Shown one piece after another: positions 11,667 to 24,596 of a stretch of 64,000 bases of DNA. The translations under genes and the position numbers were made by a program. Within the stretch, counting starts at the first letter, position 1, and each line of letters opens with the position of its first letter. Under the pieces are notes generated by a model. That model was not told where the DNA came from. It was given only the letters and a program-made list of their open reading frames with translations, and ran no database searches. This DNA is from Phoronis australis (taxonomy: Eukaryota > Animalia > Phoronida), in NCBI GenBank assembly GCA_002633005.1, contig NMRA01000560.1:62001-126000 (forward strand). The letters are read 5' to 3'.

Positions 11667-13334
11667 GTAAGTGACTTTCTTTCCTTGTCGAAGCACGTTT
11701 TGATGTATAATTCAATTTTGAACACATTTATTTCCGATAACTAAAAACTTTTTTTCTTGCATTGCTGCTTCCTCTAAAGCTGGCTGCGGGATGGAGAGCG
11801 AAAATGGTGGAGGTAGAAATGTATTACATGAAGTTCTGCGAGATATAGGTTGAAGTAACATCCAGTCCATTTTTTTCCTTTTTCTGTTGCTTGGCTGTCA
11901 AGTTTTAAGTTACACAAATCTTTCTTGATGTTGTATGCTCATACATTTTGATTTGTTCAGTACCTTGTATCGTCACATGAGTTTGTTCTGCTGTGAATAG
12001 AAGGAAAAGTAAACAAAACATTTGTACTTTTAAACGTTGTTTCCGTAATGGTTGAAATTTACATGATTTTTTTTTCACTCAAGCCCACGGGTGAGCTTCA
12101 GATACCGACAAAATACTCATATAATTATTTGAGACGTTACAATGTACAGTTTCTGAAAATGTCACTTGCACATATTTGAGAAACGCCAAGGTCACTACAT
12201 CCTCCACCACCTTTGCCTATCACAAACGTTCACCATAACATCTCACTACTATATCACCAAACTCTGTAGCAAGAATTGCTGTTGCGTAAGGAATTCCTAC
12301 CAGGAAATAAGTGAATTCAGGCGTTAAGACCATTACCTGGATGCTCATGCGCATCTTCAAATACATGGAAGTAGGACGTTTTATTCCAGAGACAATTTTA
12401 TTTTCATGCCAGTTATATTAGAGTTATCTAACAAAGGCACCATAACATCAAAGGCAAAAACTGGGGACACACTAATCCAGAAAAGCCACAAAATAAATGG
12501 CAAAAACTTGGTTTATGCAGTCATGATTCTATTTTGTTACCGTTTCGGTTTCTATTTTCAATGAAAGTAGGAAAGGTTCTTGTATACTATGCATTTTTCC
12601 CAAATGGAGGCCCTGGACGTATCTGCGGAAAATCCATACGTCCACTAGGGGTAAAAAACGAAATAATTAGAAGGAGGTACACGTTGTACCAGATGTACGC
12701 AGACAGTATTCTGTAGCGTATGATACAGCGTACCCAATGGCGTATTCACATCAGTATGAGATAAATTATATTGCACATGCACACATACATGTGTGTTTAT
12801 GTTTGTGTATATCCAAATAAGAATTATCTCGTAAAAGTTTTGTCGTTCAATTCAATTAATGCTATGGCCAAAGGTGATATCATCAATCGAATTTATACTA
12901 ATTTTGCGCACACCGTCTTCAGATGTCACATGTTGTTGCCTGCACCAAATTGTTTCCAGGCGGGGAAATTTTATCCCCGTCAGCGTTAAACACTAGTGAA
13001 ATCTAAGCTATTGTCTTTTAAATACATCAAGGAACCAGATTGTAATCAGCAATTTATTTTTATTGTTTAAGTTTTTAAATGTACCCGTACATCTGTTTTA
13101 CTGGAAAGCAGAGTGGTGGCGATGTAGTGATTTCCAGTTGAGTTGTGCTGGGCAAAGGATGTGATAACGGGCTGTCTGTGAACAAAAACTCTAATAAAAA
13201 AAATAATTGCAGGCGGTCTGATACACGTTGTACCAGACGTGCGCAGGCCTCGCATGTGGGCCCATTGCACTGATCACCTGGAAATATTTTTATGCTTTAT
13301 TAATATATGGTTAAAACCGAGATGAGGAGCTAGA

Positions 13335-13430
13335 AACCTGGCTCAAGGGCTTAGTAGTGTGACCTGGTGGGACATGAACCCACGACCTCGAGTAAAGAAA
13401 GCGGGCACTTATCAACCAGGCCACACTGCC
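13335..13430 (-). mobile_element. tRNA-derived SINE head
   Basis: Reverse complement GGCAGTGTGGCCTGGTTGATAAG...GGTCGTGGGTTCATGTCCCACC shows degenerate A and B boxes; no intact cloverleaf. Confidence 0.55.
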
Positions 13431-14049
13431 TTAAACTATGTAAACGAGGGAGTTTTTGTAGTGATAATGATTTTGAAAATTGCTACTCTTATGAAATCTC
13501 AAAATTTTTTCGAGATTTAGAAAATTTAATGTACCAGATAACCCTCAGCCATGTCCTCGGAAAGCGCAGCGTTACACACCTATGTTGTTGAATCCAAAAC
13601 TGTATGTTAGCAAAAATATTCGACTCCTTTACTCCTCTCAGCGCATGTTCAATACACTTGACGAATGGCGTTGGCGTGATGTCGTCCAATAATTCTTTTC
13701 AGCAACCAACGATGCCAACGAATTCAGTCTCATTCTCGGTGCCGCGAGGAGCTGGTGGAGATGCAATAATTACCACTCACCACAACCTCCATATCTTAAG
13801 ACGATATCAATGGAGTGCAATTCCGTAATGCTTGCAAGGCATGTTAAAATTGAATCAAGGAGCCAATCAAAGTTTTTGCGCTTCTGTGAAGTTGATGTGA
13901 GAGCCCTTCATGGTAATTAACCTACGTGTTGTTAAGTTTGCATTGAGTTAAGATGTTTCAATAGTTTGAGTGAGAATGCGCATGTCGAACAGTTTTGTGT
14001 ACCATTGGTGGAAGATACTAATACCGTCCCCACGTCAGCCCTAATTAAA

Positions 14050-15560
14050 CTCCACCCCTGATCGTTACAAACTTTATTTTGGCATTTGCTTCTCATCTAG
14101 TGCCCTCCGTCAACCTTAGGGACGCTAGAGCTTTCCTTTCACTTGTAGTTATTCATTCTCTACAATCTCTGCGATACGTTTTTCAGCCTGGTAACCCAAG
14201 TCATCCACCACTCTCTTCCCTGTCATACCCAGCATACGTAGCGCCCGCCCAAGAGATTGGCCCACGAAACATCTTTCACGGGAAAAACGACACCCTCTGG
14301 CACTTCTTGACTAGCTCTTGATATTTCTCCCTCTTCCTCTTTTGAGGTTCTTCCATACGCTCCTCCAACGTCGCAGTCAACACCAACAGTACCACTTGCT
14401 TGGTTAGTCCTAACCACGTTACTATGTCTGGACGAAGCTTGGTCTCGACTACTTCCGATGGAAAACAAGTCTCTTGTGCAAATCCACTGTCAAATTCCAA
14501 TTCCCTGCTGTGTCCAAAATGCCACTTCCCAATGTTGTTGTTTCCCAGCGTTACCTCATTCGCGTACAAGAGCAGTAAATCTTTGCCCTCTTATCGCCCT
14601 CCGGTCCTTCTGACGCTTCTTGTTCTCATATCACTCCTGTGACTTCGGCATGCCTTCAGATGTAACCCCACCTCATAAAAGAGCCGCGGAACGTGGTGAC
14701 AAAACATACATGCTCTACATTTGCTGGTGCTTTGCACTACCCACGTGAGGGATACTCTGCGAGACCCCAAATACACAGGTTTGTTGGGCTGTCGTACACA
14801 GATCTCAACAGAAACGTCAGTCTACCTTCCTGCATTAACCAGATTTCCTGCCACTTGAGACTTCTCTGCTTGTCTCTCTGTGAGTTGAGCCAACTCCCCT
14901 GCTGTTTCATTACTGTTGCTTTTTCCTCCATAGCTCTTTCTTGCTGCCAGACCTTTCCTCGCTTCACGCTTGTACTCAAAAAACCCAGCGTGGTTGTGGT
15001 ATTAGTCCATGTCCATGCCGGCCTATTGCTACTGTGCCCACTGCGTCATTGCACCTAAGTCCGCTAGATGTACTTTATTGGCTGCTGACTACTTCTTACT
15101 GTCTTTGACTCTCTGGATCTTCCCATCCCTGTCCTTTGTCGAGTCATACGCCAGTGTCGGGTCGCCCAGGCTCTCGATGATGCTCAGTGGGTCACCATGC
15201 AGACATGTACTTCATAAGTTGCAACAGTTTGTATTCAGCGATCGCCGGCGCTTAGTCTACGCAAGTCATGAAAGCTGCTTTCAAGCTAACGTACTTCATC
15301 TTATCGCCGTTGAATGTAGAAATGGAAACTCTCTTCCGGTGCTTCCACATGTCAGCGAGACCCTACTACAATTGAATACCTTCAGTTGCTTTGGCGTGGA
15401 TGGGATGAAACCTCTGGCACGGGAGGAAGGTGTTATGCTTTTTCAGCTTTAACAGCATGTTGTGGGGGATGGAAACCACAATTTTCTTCTTTGTCTGTCA
15501 CTGATCTGGTTTGGCTAGTAAAGGTTTCGAACTGTCTTTTTGCCTACGTTTGCATGATCA
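14050..15560 (-). mobile_element. Decayed RLE-type non-LTR retrotransposon (Hero/NeSL-like), 3' part
   Basis: FPSEVVETKLRPDIVTW...KQVVLLVLT...EERMEE..KRKREKYQEL matches the restriction-like endonuclease PD-(D/E)xK region. Upstream QQGSW...LKWQEIW...RLTFLLRSVYD..PTNL..WG is typical of Hero-like ORFs. Confidence 0.8.
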
Positions 15561-17321
15561 CCACTTTTGGCGTCTGACAGGTAGGCCAAAACGTCATTAA
15601 AGTAGAATTCCACCCAAAAAACAACCTATTTTGTACCAATTTATATCAAGTAGTTCCAGTCGATAACAGCAAGTTCAGTTCTTTTACCTGACGGCAGACG
15701 GAGGTGTTGAAATGAATCAATGACGTCACATGTTTGAACGCAGTTTGTTCCGCAGTTCACAACACGCGTTCTGGTCTCAGCTTATTCCTTGAATTCATCG
15801 TTTTACACCAATAAATCATCAAAATTCGATGTAAAACCCTTAAAATCACACCGAGTTCTTGAACAAACGTGTTGTTACTCTGCGCGTACAAGCGCAGAGT
15901 ACTGTTGTTCCTGGGTTTTTTTCAATTTTATTCTTATTCTTCTTCCGACCAACTTTGAGGCTTAATAACTCCAAATTGGGTGCAGGTACGTTCTTTAAAT
16001 TCAGCATATGATTTTTGACAGTACATAAATTTTGATTCGTTATATAATCATATTCCATACCGGAAGGGGTCGTTTGGTGCAAAGGTCATATAATTTTCAA
16101 AATGGTACTTCAGTTTTAAAGCTATTTTTTCAAATTCGGTGCACAGGTGTAAGTCAACATGAAAATTTTAAAAATTACTTTTCTAAGTAATCGAATCATC
16201 CAGTCAGATAAAACAGGTCAAAGGTCATTAGGTGCAAACTAAAATTTTGAGCTAGACACTTCAAATTCACAAGTCTGATTGGCACAGGTAATTCAATTCG
16301 AAATCTAAAGTTTCAGGTCATTTAGTGCAAACATGGCGTCATTAGGTGCATTTTTCTTATGAAAATTTGTCCTTTTTATTCACCAAGTATTTCATGTGTC
16401 AACCGTTAGACAACTCTGATTCTCAGCATTAAATATAATTTTCACGGACTTTGCAGATAGTTCTACTAGAAGGGCTTGTAATGCACTGTATAAAGTCAAT
16501 TAGTGGAAAGGTCACCTACTATTAAAAAGGTTATTTCTCCTATATTTTTAAAGGAATTCTCTTCAATTCCAGCACATTGGTATCAACCTAAATGCCAGTG
16601 AAATACCCTAATTTACTAAACAATAGGGCCACCCAATCAGAGAAAATAGGTCAAAGGTCATTGAGTACAGACTAAAATTTTGAGCTAGACACTTCAAATT
16701 CACAAGTCTGATTTGTACGTGTAATTCAATTCGAAATGCAAAGTTTCAGGTCATTTAGTCCAACCATGGGGTCATTAGGTGCATTTTTCTTCTAAAAATT
16801 TGTCCTTTTCACTCACCAAGAATTCTGATGTGTCAACCGTTAGACATCTGTGATTCTCAGCATTAAACTCACTTTTCACAGACTTTGCAATAATTCTACT
16901 CAAGACGCTTATAATGCACAGGATAGGGTCAATTAGGGCAAAGGTCATCTAACGTTCAAAATGCTATATCCCCTCCATTTTTCAAGGAATTCTTTTCAAG
17001 TTCAGCACACTGGTGTAAGTCACCATGCCAATCGAAAGCCCTATTTTACTACACAATATGCCTAACCAATCAGAAAAATAGGTCGAAGGCCATTGGGTGC
17101 AAACTAAAATTTTGAGCTAGAGACTTCAAAATTACATATCTGTTTAGTAAATGTGATTGAGTTTGAATTCTAAATTATCAGGTCATTTGGTGCCCCCATA
17201 GGTGAATTTTTCTTTTGAAACTTTCCAATGGGGCTATTCCGAAAATCAACACTAACTAGAGGGCGCGCGTGTACTAGTGGTGATAGATTAACAGCCTCGA
17301 TTACGCGAGCCCTTTAAATAC

Positions 17322-19325
17322 ATGATGAAATGGCTTGCAGCCATGCCAACTGAATCTGAGATTGCGTGAAAAGGGTGCTTCTGTGAGAGGAAGTAAGCAC
17401 GGCCTTATACAAAGGTAAGGTTTGTGATTGTTTTAATGATTATTCCATAATTATTCTACCGGTACCTATTAACTGAGGTACTCGCCGACTTTGCGGCAGT
17501 CGCCAGTCGGGTTAATCTTCGTTTGTTGTGATATGTGATACGATACTTGACATAGCAATCGGGATCTTTTCGTACATCAAAGCATTATTATTGTTTGGAA
17601 TGATTTCTAACAGTTTATCAGTGACAGTTATATTAATCAATGGTGAATGTTTATGCTGTCAACTCGATACAGGTTAATGAGTTAAGATTACAATCCAAGC
17701 CCAATGGCAAAGGGCACATGACAAAGATCCATTGCATTAGACTATTTGTATACTCCCTATGATATGTCTTCTGGAAATCTATTACACGTTGAAATGGAAA
17801 TCTATTACGTCTGTTTTCACGTAATCTTTGGTTTTTAGGTTTGAGGGCTTGTACCGTGCAGAGGAGATATGCATCGCTTCTGCACCGCCCCTGAATGGAT
17901 CAATTGGTTTTTAGCATTTGACTGCAGCTAACCAACAAGATCTTCCCATTCACTGCAGATCTGTTGTCAAAGCCTACTTTCAATATTGGAGACAACGAAC
18001 AAAGCCTTTGAAAGGGAGCAGCTATTTTTAAAGAAAGGTATGTAAGTCATTTTGTTAATTTACTTATTCAGGTCCTTAGCGGGGGATTGGCATGGGGGGT
18101 TGGGGTTGTAATATTTGGTACAACTCAGTGTTTGGAAATAACAGGTAATACATGTTTGGGGAAAAGAACATGGTGAGGTAATTCTTAATCTTCATGAAGT
18201 CCCTTCAAGTTGATTTCATGAAACTGTTTTGCTATTTGTATCAATTGTAAACCCATGAAAATATATTACATTTCCTGAATTCACAGTGACTGAATAGTCT
18301 TAACTCATGTCTTGAAATGTTGCAAGTCGTTATAAATTCAAATGACTGCCATTTTTGTGAAAATTGCATTTTTGATGGTGCCCTACGATTTGTAATTACT
18401 CTTAAACAACAGAAAGATTATCCATCATTTTTAAATCACCCAAGTCTTCATATCTTCTATTGGAAGAAAAATTAAAAGTCTGAGAAACGGTTACCTCAAC
18501 CTAAGACTAGAAGTATGCTTGACAGACCCATGAACCTGTAATCGGAGTTTAAAATTGCTGAAAGTATCAAAAATCAAAAGGCTTGAAAATGGGTAACAAA
18601 TGTTTGAAGTTGTCTCAAAAACTTGTACATTTTGCAGACAGGTGATGCGTTTAAATAATTGTTATGGCTAGGAATAAAAAATAAAGATACAAGTTTTATG
18701 CATTACTTATTATATACACCTTTGGTTTCTGAAAATAGTAATTATTTAATTTTATGTGAAACTGTAGAGCAGTCACCATATATTTTTGAAAAAGAGGGAT
18801 AACATTTTTGACCCAATCTGGATTACTTAATTCTTCATATTTCATTATTTGTTCCCGGTTCTGTGACATTTTAAGGCCACTTCAAGCTGTATCATAGACA
18901 AGCATTGTTACTCCGTTCTCTTCCCACAGCACTTCCACACACCAGCAATGTGAATTGCAGTACTAAGTTACCATAAAACAATGTGCCAGTGGACTGTCTG
19001 TGTATTCAGACGAACTCTATCTGACTGCTACACAAGTAAGCCTTGTTGGTGAGGATGCCCTTTCATAGGCAATGAGTCATGTTTGGACAATTGCTTATTT
19101 CCTTTCCTGGAAAAAACACGACGGACTGAAGCTAAAGAAGACCTAGTGACACTCTGGTCTAGTTCAGGGTCTGATTTTTGGCTCAAAACCATTCAAGTGA
19201 TGTGCTATTGTGTTTACCTTCAAGGGACTAAGTGTGGATGTTATTGAGGCTGAATGAGGTGACATGAAAGAAAGACACGTGTCGAAACTGGACCTTTTTA
19301 CAAGCGCTTCTATAGGCCATTGAAA
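17322..19325 (+). pseudogene. Decayed spliced SAP-domain / YqaJ (lambda-exonuclease-like) gene of ISL2EU copy A
   Basis: LRLREKGASVRGSKHGLIQR|gtaag (SAP-like). Later ASGLSVYSDELYLTAT, CPF, LKLKKT*...VQG, VFTFKGL.VDVI..KLDLFYKRFYRP follow the YqaJ motif order, with stops and frameshifts. Confidence 0.65.
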
Positions 19326-20374
19326 CTAGATCCCAGTGAAATGAAACCCGAAAGCTGAGTGACATTAAATTTTCCTTTCAGAAGAAAGGCTTTACACTAT
19401 TGGTAAAAACTTTCCAATTTGGTACACATTATGGGGAAATGACATTCAGTGACTGCATCGATTGTCTTGTCGTATGTTTAAGAATCTGCTATGCACAAGA
19501 TTCGAGAATAAACAATTATCAGTGCATTTACAAACAAATGGCAAACTGAAATAGCAGAAAGAAACAACATTGCGACTGAATTCATAATCAGGCATATCAA
19601 GTGCTGAATTTCTGAATTACGTTCGATTCTCTCAGATTATTGTTGAAGGATTGCTTTTCACTTTGTCCAACGGTAAAATAGATGGTCAGGCGGTTGGTTT
19701 CAGTTGTTTTCTCTCACCTGTAAAAGAATAGTCGGAGAAATATTAGCAAATTGTAAAAGAAAAGACAAGACAAAACTACTTTTGTAAGGCAGAACATATT
19801 TGACGTTTCATCTTCATGTTTATGTGTAGAAACTAATAACCTTTGTACCCAAGTCTTATTTTAATATCTGAATAAAAATATGTGAAACAGGCTAAAAGTG
19901 ATTTAACAATGTGTATTTTTCATGACACTTAAAATGTGCTTCTTATCTCAACAAGTAAAATTCATTCTAGTTGTCAATTTTTGTTCAATGCAATGTTACG
20001 ACATTTACTGAATTAAGGCTTATTCATATTCATATTAATTCGATATCTGATCTGGTAGTCCTGGGGTGGGGTCTGCGATAAAATAAGGAAACTCACTCAT
20101 CTAGAAATTTTTATTGGAAACAGCATAGTTTTGAAGAGAAACTGTTGTAAAAAAGTCACCCTTGACTTCTGTGCGTCACGTACCATACACCTTTTATTTT
20201 GGGAGCACTCCCACCCAGGACAATATGAATATGTGCTGCTAGCCTACCCGGCATCGTATGAGTTTCCTAAAAGAAACACTTAGTTCCACTCAATAAACCT
20301 GTTATTCAGTGGGGTAACTAGTGTGGATAACATCACCGACCGATGTTGATAGAAACTGATTGCTAAAAACTTAC

Positions 20375-20568
20375 TTAATGTTGTGTAGTCTCCGACTGGA
20401 ACTCCGTAGACATAGAGCACACACAAGGCTTCAGCATCCACACACTTTTTGTCAGTTAGTTGACCCTTTTGACCGCAATTGTTCACGAATATAGTAACCT
20501 TGGGTCTTTTGGGAATTTGTGGCCACCTGTCGAAGACTTGCACCAGGAAAATTAGCAGTAATAAGGCT
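20375..20568 (-). pseudogene. Decayed THAP zinc-finger exon (transposase N-terminus) of ISL2EU copy A
   Basis: PYYC*FSWCKSSTGGHKFPKDPRLLYS*TIAVKRVN*LTKSVWMLKPCVCS fits the THAP pattern C..P.C...HxFPxD...W..A..R....W.P..VCS. The listed ORF MQVFDRW is an off-frame reading. Confidence 0.75.
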
Positions 20569-21468
20569 TAGCGCGACGACGTATTTTAATAACAATTCCA
20601 TGTTTTACCCGTTGTTTACAGGCAGACAGCCACGCATGCGCAATTCAATTACCACAAGTACAGCAGCGACACCGCGAGGAGAATTCTCCGAATAGCCCCA
20701 TTCATTCATGTTGTATTCTGAAGTGCTTAAAGTAAAACATTTGTGATTCTTAGCATTAACCACACTTTTAATCGAGTTTACAATTATTCCCTCATCCGGG
20801 CTCATAATGCACCGAATTAGTGGAAAGGTCATCAAAATATTAACATTTAATTTTTCCAACAATTTTAAGGAATTCCTTTTGAAATTGGTAAACGGGTTGC
20901 TGTCAGTAACTTCCCATAGCAATTCCTTTAATACGCACGCGCATAGTCCATTATTGTCACGCTATGGCAATACTCTTTCTAGTTTTATTTTGCCGTTACG
21001 GATATACATGTATCATGTATTTGAACGTACCGTAGCCTACAAAGTTCGGTAGGCCAATTTACCAGGATCGGTCGCGAGAGTTCGGGTTATGTCTCGTGAT
21101 AAATTCGAGTTATTCTTCCGTGAAATATAGACTGGAGGACATTGCTGTGTGTTGTAATGTTAGACTTTCGATTTTTTCAGCTCTAAACACACGAGACGCT
21201 TGTTCATATCCCGGCCAGTGGCTCGGAACCCGATCAGGCCCTTCGCGGCCTTACTGGAGACATCACGAACATAAACCAGCCTAAGTTGGAAACTTAACTT
21301 CCATTCACGGAACTACTATACTAGTGAGCCAAAAAAATAATGTGCACGTGATTATTTTGGTGAATTAGCCGCGAAACTGCAAATCTACTTACTTGACGCC
21401 GGGGCCGCGAAGTCAGGTTCCCCTTCCACAGCGCAGTCAGGGCAAAAGTTGTACAGTAACAATGATTC

Positions 21469-22667
21469 AAACTAGAAAGATTATTGTCACGGCGTGACAA
21501 TAACGGACTCTGTGCGTGCGTATTACTGGAATTATTATGGGAAGTTACTAACAGCAACCCGTTTACCAATATGAAAAGGAATTCTTTAAAATTGTAGGAG
21601 AAATTACATATTAATTTTTTGATGACCTTTCCACTAATTGACCTCTTCCGGTGCATTATGAGCCCCGATGAGGGAGTAATTGTTAACTCGATTAAAAGTG
21701 TGGTTAATGCTAATAATCACAGATGTTGTAATTTAAGCATTTCAGAATACAAGATGAATGAAGTGGTCAAACTTTCAGAATAAAAATGCACCTAATGACC
21801 ATATGGGTGCAACAAATAACCTAAAAATTTAGAATTCATACTAAATCGCACTTAATAAATAGATACGTAATTCTGAAGTCTCTAGCTCAAAATTTTAGCT
21901 TGCACTCAATGACCTTTGACCTATTTTTTCTGATTGGTTAGGCCTATTGCGAAGTAAAGTAGGGTATTTAATTGGCATGTTGACTTACACCAGTGTGCTG
22001 AAATTGAAAAGAATTCCTTGAAAAACGTAAGAGATATAATAACATTTTGAACGTTACAGGACCTTTGCACTAATTGACCTTATCCGGTACATTTTAAGCA
22101 TCTTTAGGAGAATTATTGCAAAGCCCATGGAAAATGTGTTTAATGCTAAGAATCACAGTTGTCTAACGGTTGACACATCAGAATACTTGTTGATTGAAAA
22201 GGTCAAATTTTCAGAAGAAAAATGCACCTAATGACCCCATGTTTGCACTAAATGACCTGAAACTTTGGATTCCGATTTGATTTACCTGTGGCAATCAGAC
22301 CAGTTAATTTGAAGTGCCTAGCTCAAAGTTTTAGTTTGCACCTAATGACCTTTGACCTATTTCACCTGATTGGATGACCCGATTACTTAGAAAAGTAATT
22401 TTTTAAATTGTCATGTTGACTGATACCTGTGCACCGAATTTGAAAAAGATAGCTTTAAAACTGAAGGAGGAGTAGCATTTTGAAAATTATATGACTTTTG
22501 CACCAAACGACCTCTTCCGGTGCAATATGGAATATGATTATATAACCAATCAAAATTTATATACTGTAAAAAGTCATATGCTGAATTTAAAGACCGTACC
22601 AGCACCCAATTTGGAGTTATTAAGCCTCAAAGTTGGTCAGAAGAAAAATAGGAAGAAGAATAAGAAG
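21469..22667 (-). mobile_element. HINE-like element copy H2 (5' end missing)
   Basis: Starts AACTAGAAAG plus hairpin ATTATTGTCACGGCGTGACAATAA, has the same ~430-bp units, and ends in the AAGAAT microsatellite abutting the next copy. Confidence 0.75.
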
Positions 22668-23947
22668 AACTAGAAAGATTATTGTCACGGCGTGACAATA
22701 ATGGACTCTGCGCGTGCGTATTAAAGGAATTGTTATGGGAAGTTACTGACAGCAACCCCGTTTACCAAATTATGAAAAGAAATTCTTTAAAATTGTAGGA
22801 GTAATTACATGCTAATGTTTTGATGACCTTTCCACTAACTGACCTCTTCCGGTGCATTATGAACCCCAGTGAGGGAATATTTGTGCAACCAATTTAAAGT
22901 ATAGTTAATGCTAAGAATCACAGATGTTTTGCTTTAAGCACTTAAGAATACAACATGAATTAATTGGTCAAACTTTCAGAAGAAAAATGCACCTAATGAC
23001 CCCATGGATGCACCAAATGACCCAAAAATTTAGAATTCAAACTCAATCGCGTTTAGTAAACCGATATTTAATTTTGAAGTCTCTAGCTCAAAATTTTAAT
23101 TTTGCACTCAATGACCTTTGACCTATTTTTTCTGATTGGTTAGGCCTATTGCGTAGTTAAGTAGGCTGTTCAATTGGCATGTTGAGATATGCTAGTGTGC
23201 TGAAATTGAAATGAATTCCTTGAAAAACGTAAGAGATATAACTTTTTGAACGTTAACTGACCTTTGCACTAATTGACCTTATCCGGTGCATTATAAGCGT
23301 CTTTAGGAGAATCATTGCAAAGCCCATGGAAAATGTGTTTAACGCTGAGAATCACAGTTGCCTAACGGTTGACAATCTGAATACTTGCTGATTGAAAAGG
23401 TCAAATTTTCAGAAGAAAAATGCACCTAATGACCCCATGTTTGCACTAAATGACCTGAAACTTTGGATTCCGATTTGATTTACCTGTGGCAATCAGAGCT
23501 GTTAATTTGAAGTGTCTAGCTTAAAATTTTAGTTTGCAGCTAATGACCTTTGACCTGTTTCACCTGATTGGATGGCCCGATTACTTAGAAAAGTAATTTT
23601 TTAAATTGCCATGTTGACCTTTACCTGTGCACCGAATTTGAAAAAGATAGCTTTAAAACTGAAGGAGGAGTAGCATTTTGAAAATTATATGACCTTTGCA
23701 CCAAATGACCCCTTCCGGTGCAATATGGAATATGATTATATAATCAATCAAAATTTATATACTATCAAAAGTAATATGCTGAATTTAAAGACCGTACCTG
23801 CACCCAATTTGGAGTTATTAAGCCTCAAAGTTGGTCGGAAGAAGAATAAGAAGAATAAGAATAAGAATAAGAAGAATAAGAACAAGAATAAAATTGAAGG
23901 AAACCCAGGAACAACAGTACTCTGCGCTTACACGCGCAGAGTAATAA
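22668..23947 (-). mobile_element. HINE-like element copy H3 (complete, ~1.28 kb)
   Basis: Both ends present: AACTAGAAAG/hairpin at 22668 and ACTCTGCGCTTACACGCGCAGAGTAAT at 23919-23945. (AAGAAT)n microsatellite at 23840-23890. Confidence 0.8.
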
Positions 23948-24596
23948 GAACTAGAAAGATTAATGTCACGGCATGAGAATAACGGACCCTGCGCGGCCGT
24001 ATTACTGGAATTATGGGAAGTTACTGACAGCAACCCGTTTACCAATATGAAAAGGAATTTTTTAAAATTGTAGGAGAAATTACATATTAATTTTTTGATG
24101 ACCTTTCCACTAATTGACCTCTTCCGGTGCATTATGAGCACTTAATAAATAGATAAATTGAGTAATTGTTAACTCGATTAAAAGTGTGGTTAATGCTAAT
24201 AATCACAGATGTTTTACTTTAAGCACTTCAGAATACAAGATGAATGAAATGGTCAAACTTTCAGCAGAAAAATGCACCCAATGACCCCATGGGTGCACCA
24301 AATGACCTGAAAATTTAGAATTCATACTCAATCGCACTTAGTAAACAGGTACGTAACTCTGAAGTCTCTAGCTCAAAATTTTAGTTTGCACTCAATGACC
24401 TTTGACCTATTATTTCTGATTGGTTAGACCTATTGCGAAGTGAAGTAGGGTATTTAATGGGGCTATTCGGAGAATCCTTGCGGTGTCGCTGCTATACAAG
24501 TGGTGATTGAATTGCGCATGCGTGGCTGTCTGCATGTAAACAACTGGTAAAAGATGCAATTTTTATCAAAATACGTCGTCGCGCTAAGCCTTATTA

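Larger units (their letters stand above)
17230..20699 (+). mobile_element. ISL2EU (PHIS)-like non-autonomous DNA transposon, copy A (3470 bp)
   Basis: TIRs GGGGCTATTC...GAATAGCCCC flanked by aAT/ATt. Decayed SAP + YqaJ gene on +, decayed THAP on -. Confidence 0.85.
15872..20984 (+). mobile_element. Helentron/HINE (DINE-1-like) non-autonomous element, copy H1, interrupted by ISL2EU copy A
   Basis: 5' subTIR/hairpin ACTCTGCGCG..CGCAGAGT, TTCTTA microsatellite, ~430-bp internal tandem units (16221, 16653, 17086), 3' inverted subTIR, stem-loop ATTGTCAC..GGCAAT, terminal CTAGTT. Confidence 0.75.

Noticed and set aside
11415-11744. 109-aa ORF and antisense 94-aa ORF
   Set aside because: Off-frame or antisense shadows of the Kringle exon.
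20280-20543. Recurrent ORF MVQVFDRWPQIPKRPK (also 25631, 49080) as a conserved small protein
   Set aside because: It recurs only because the transposon is repeated; the meaningful frame is the decayed THAP.
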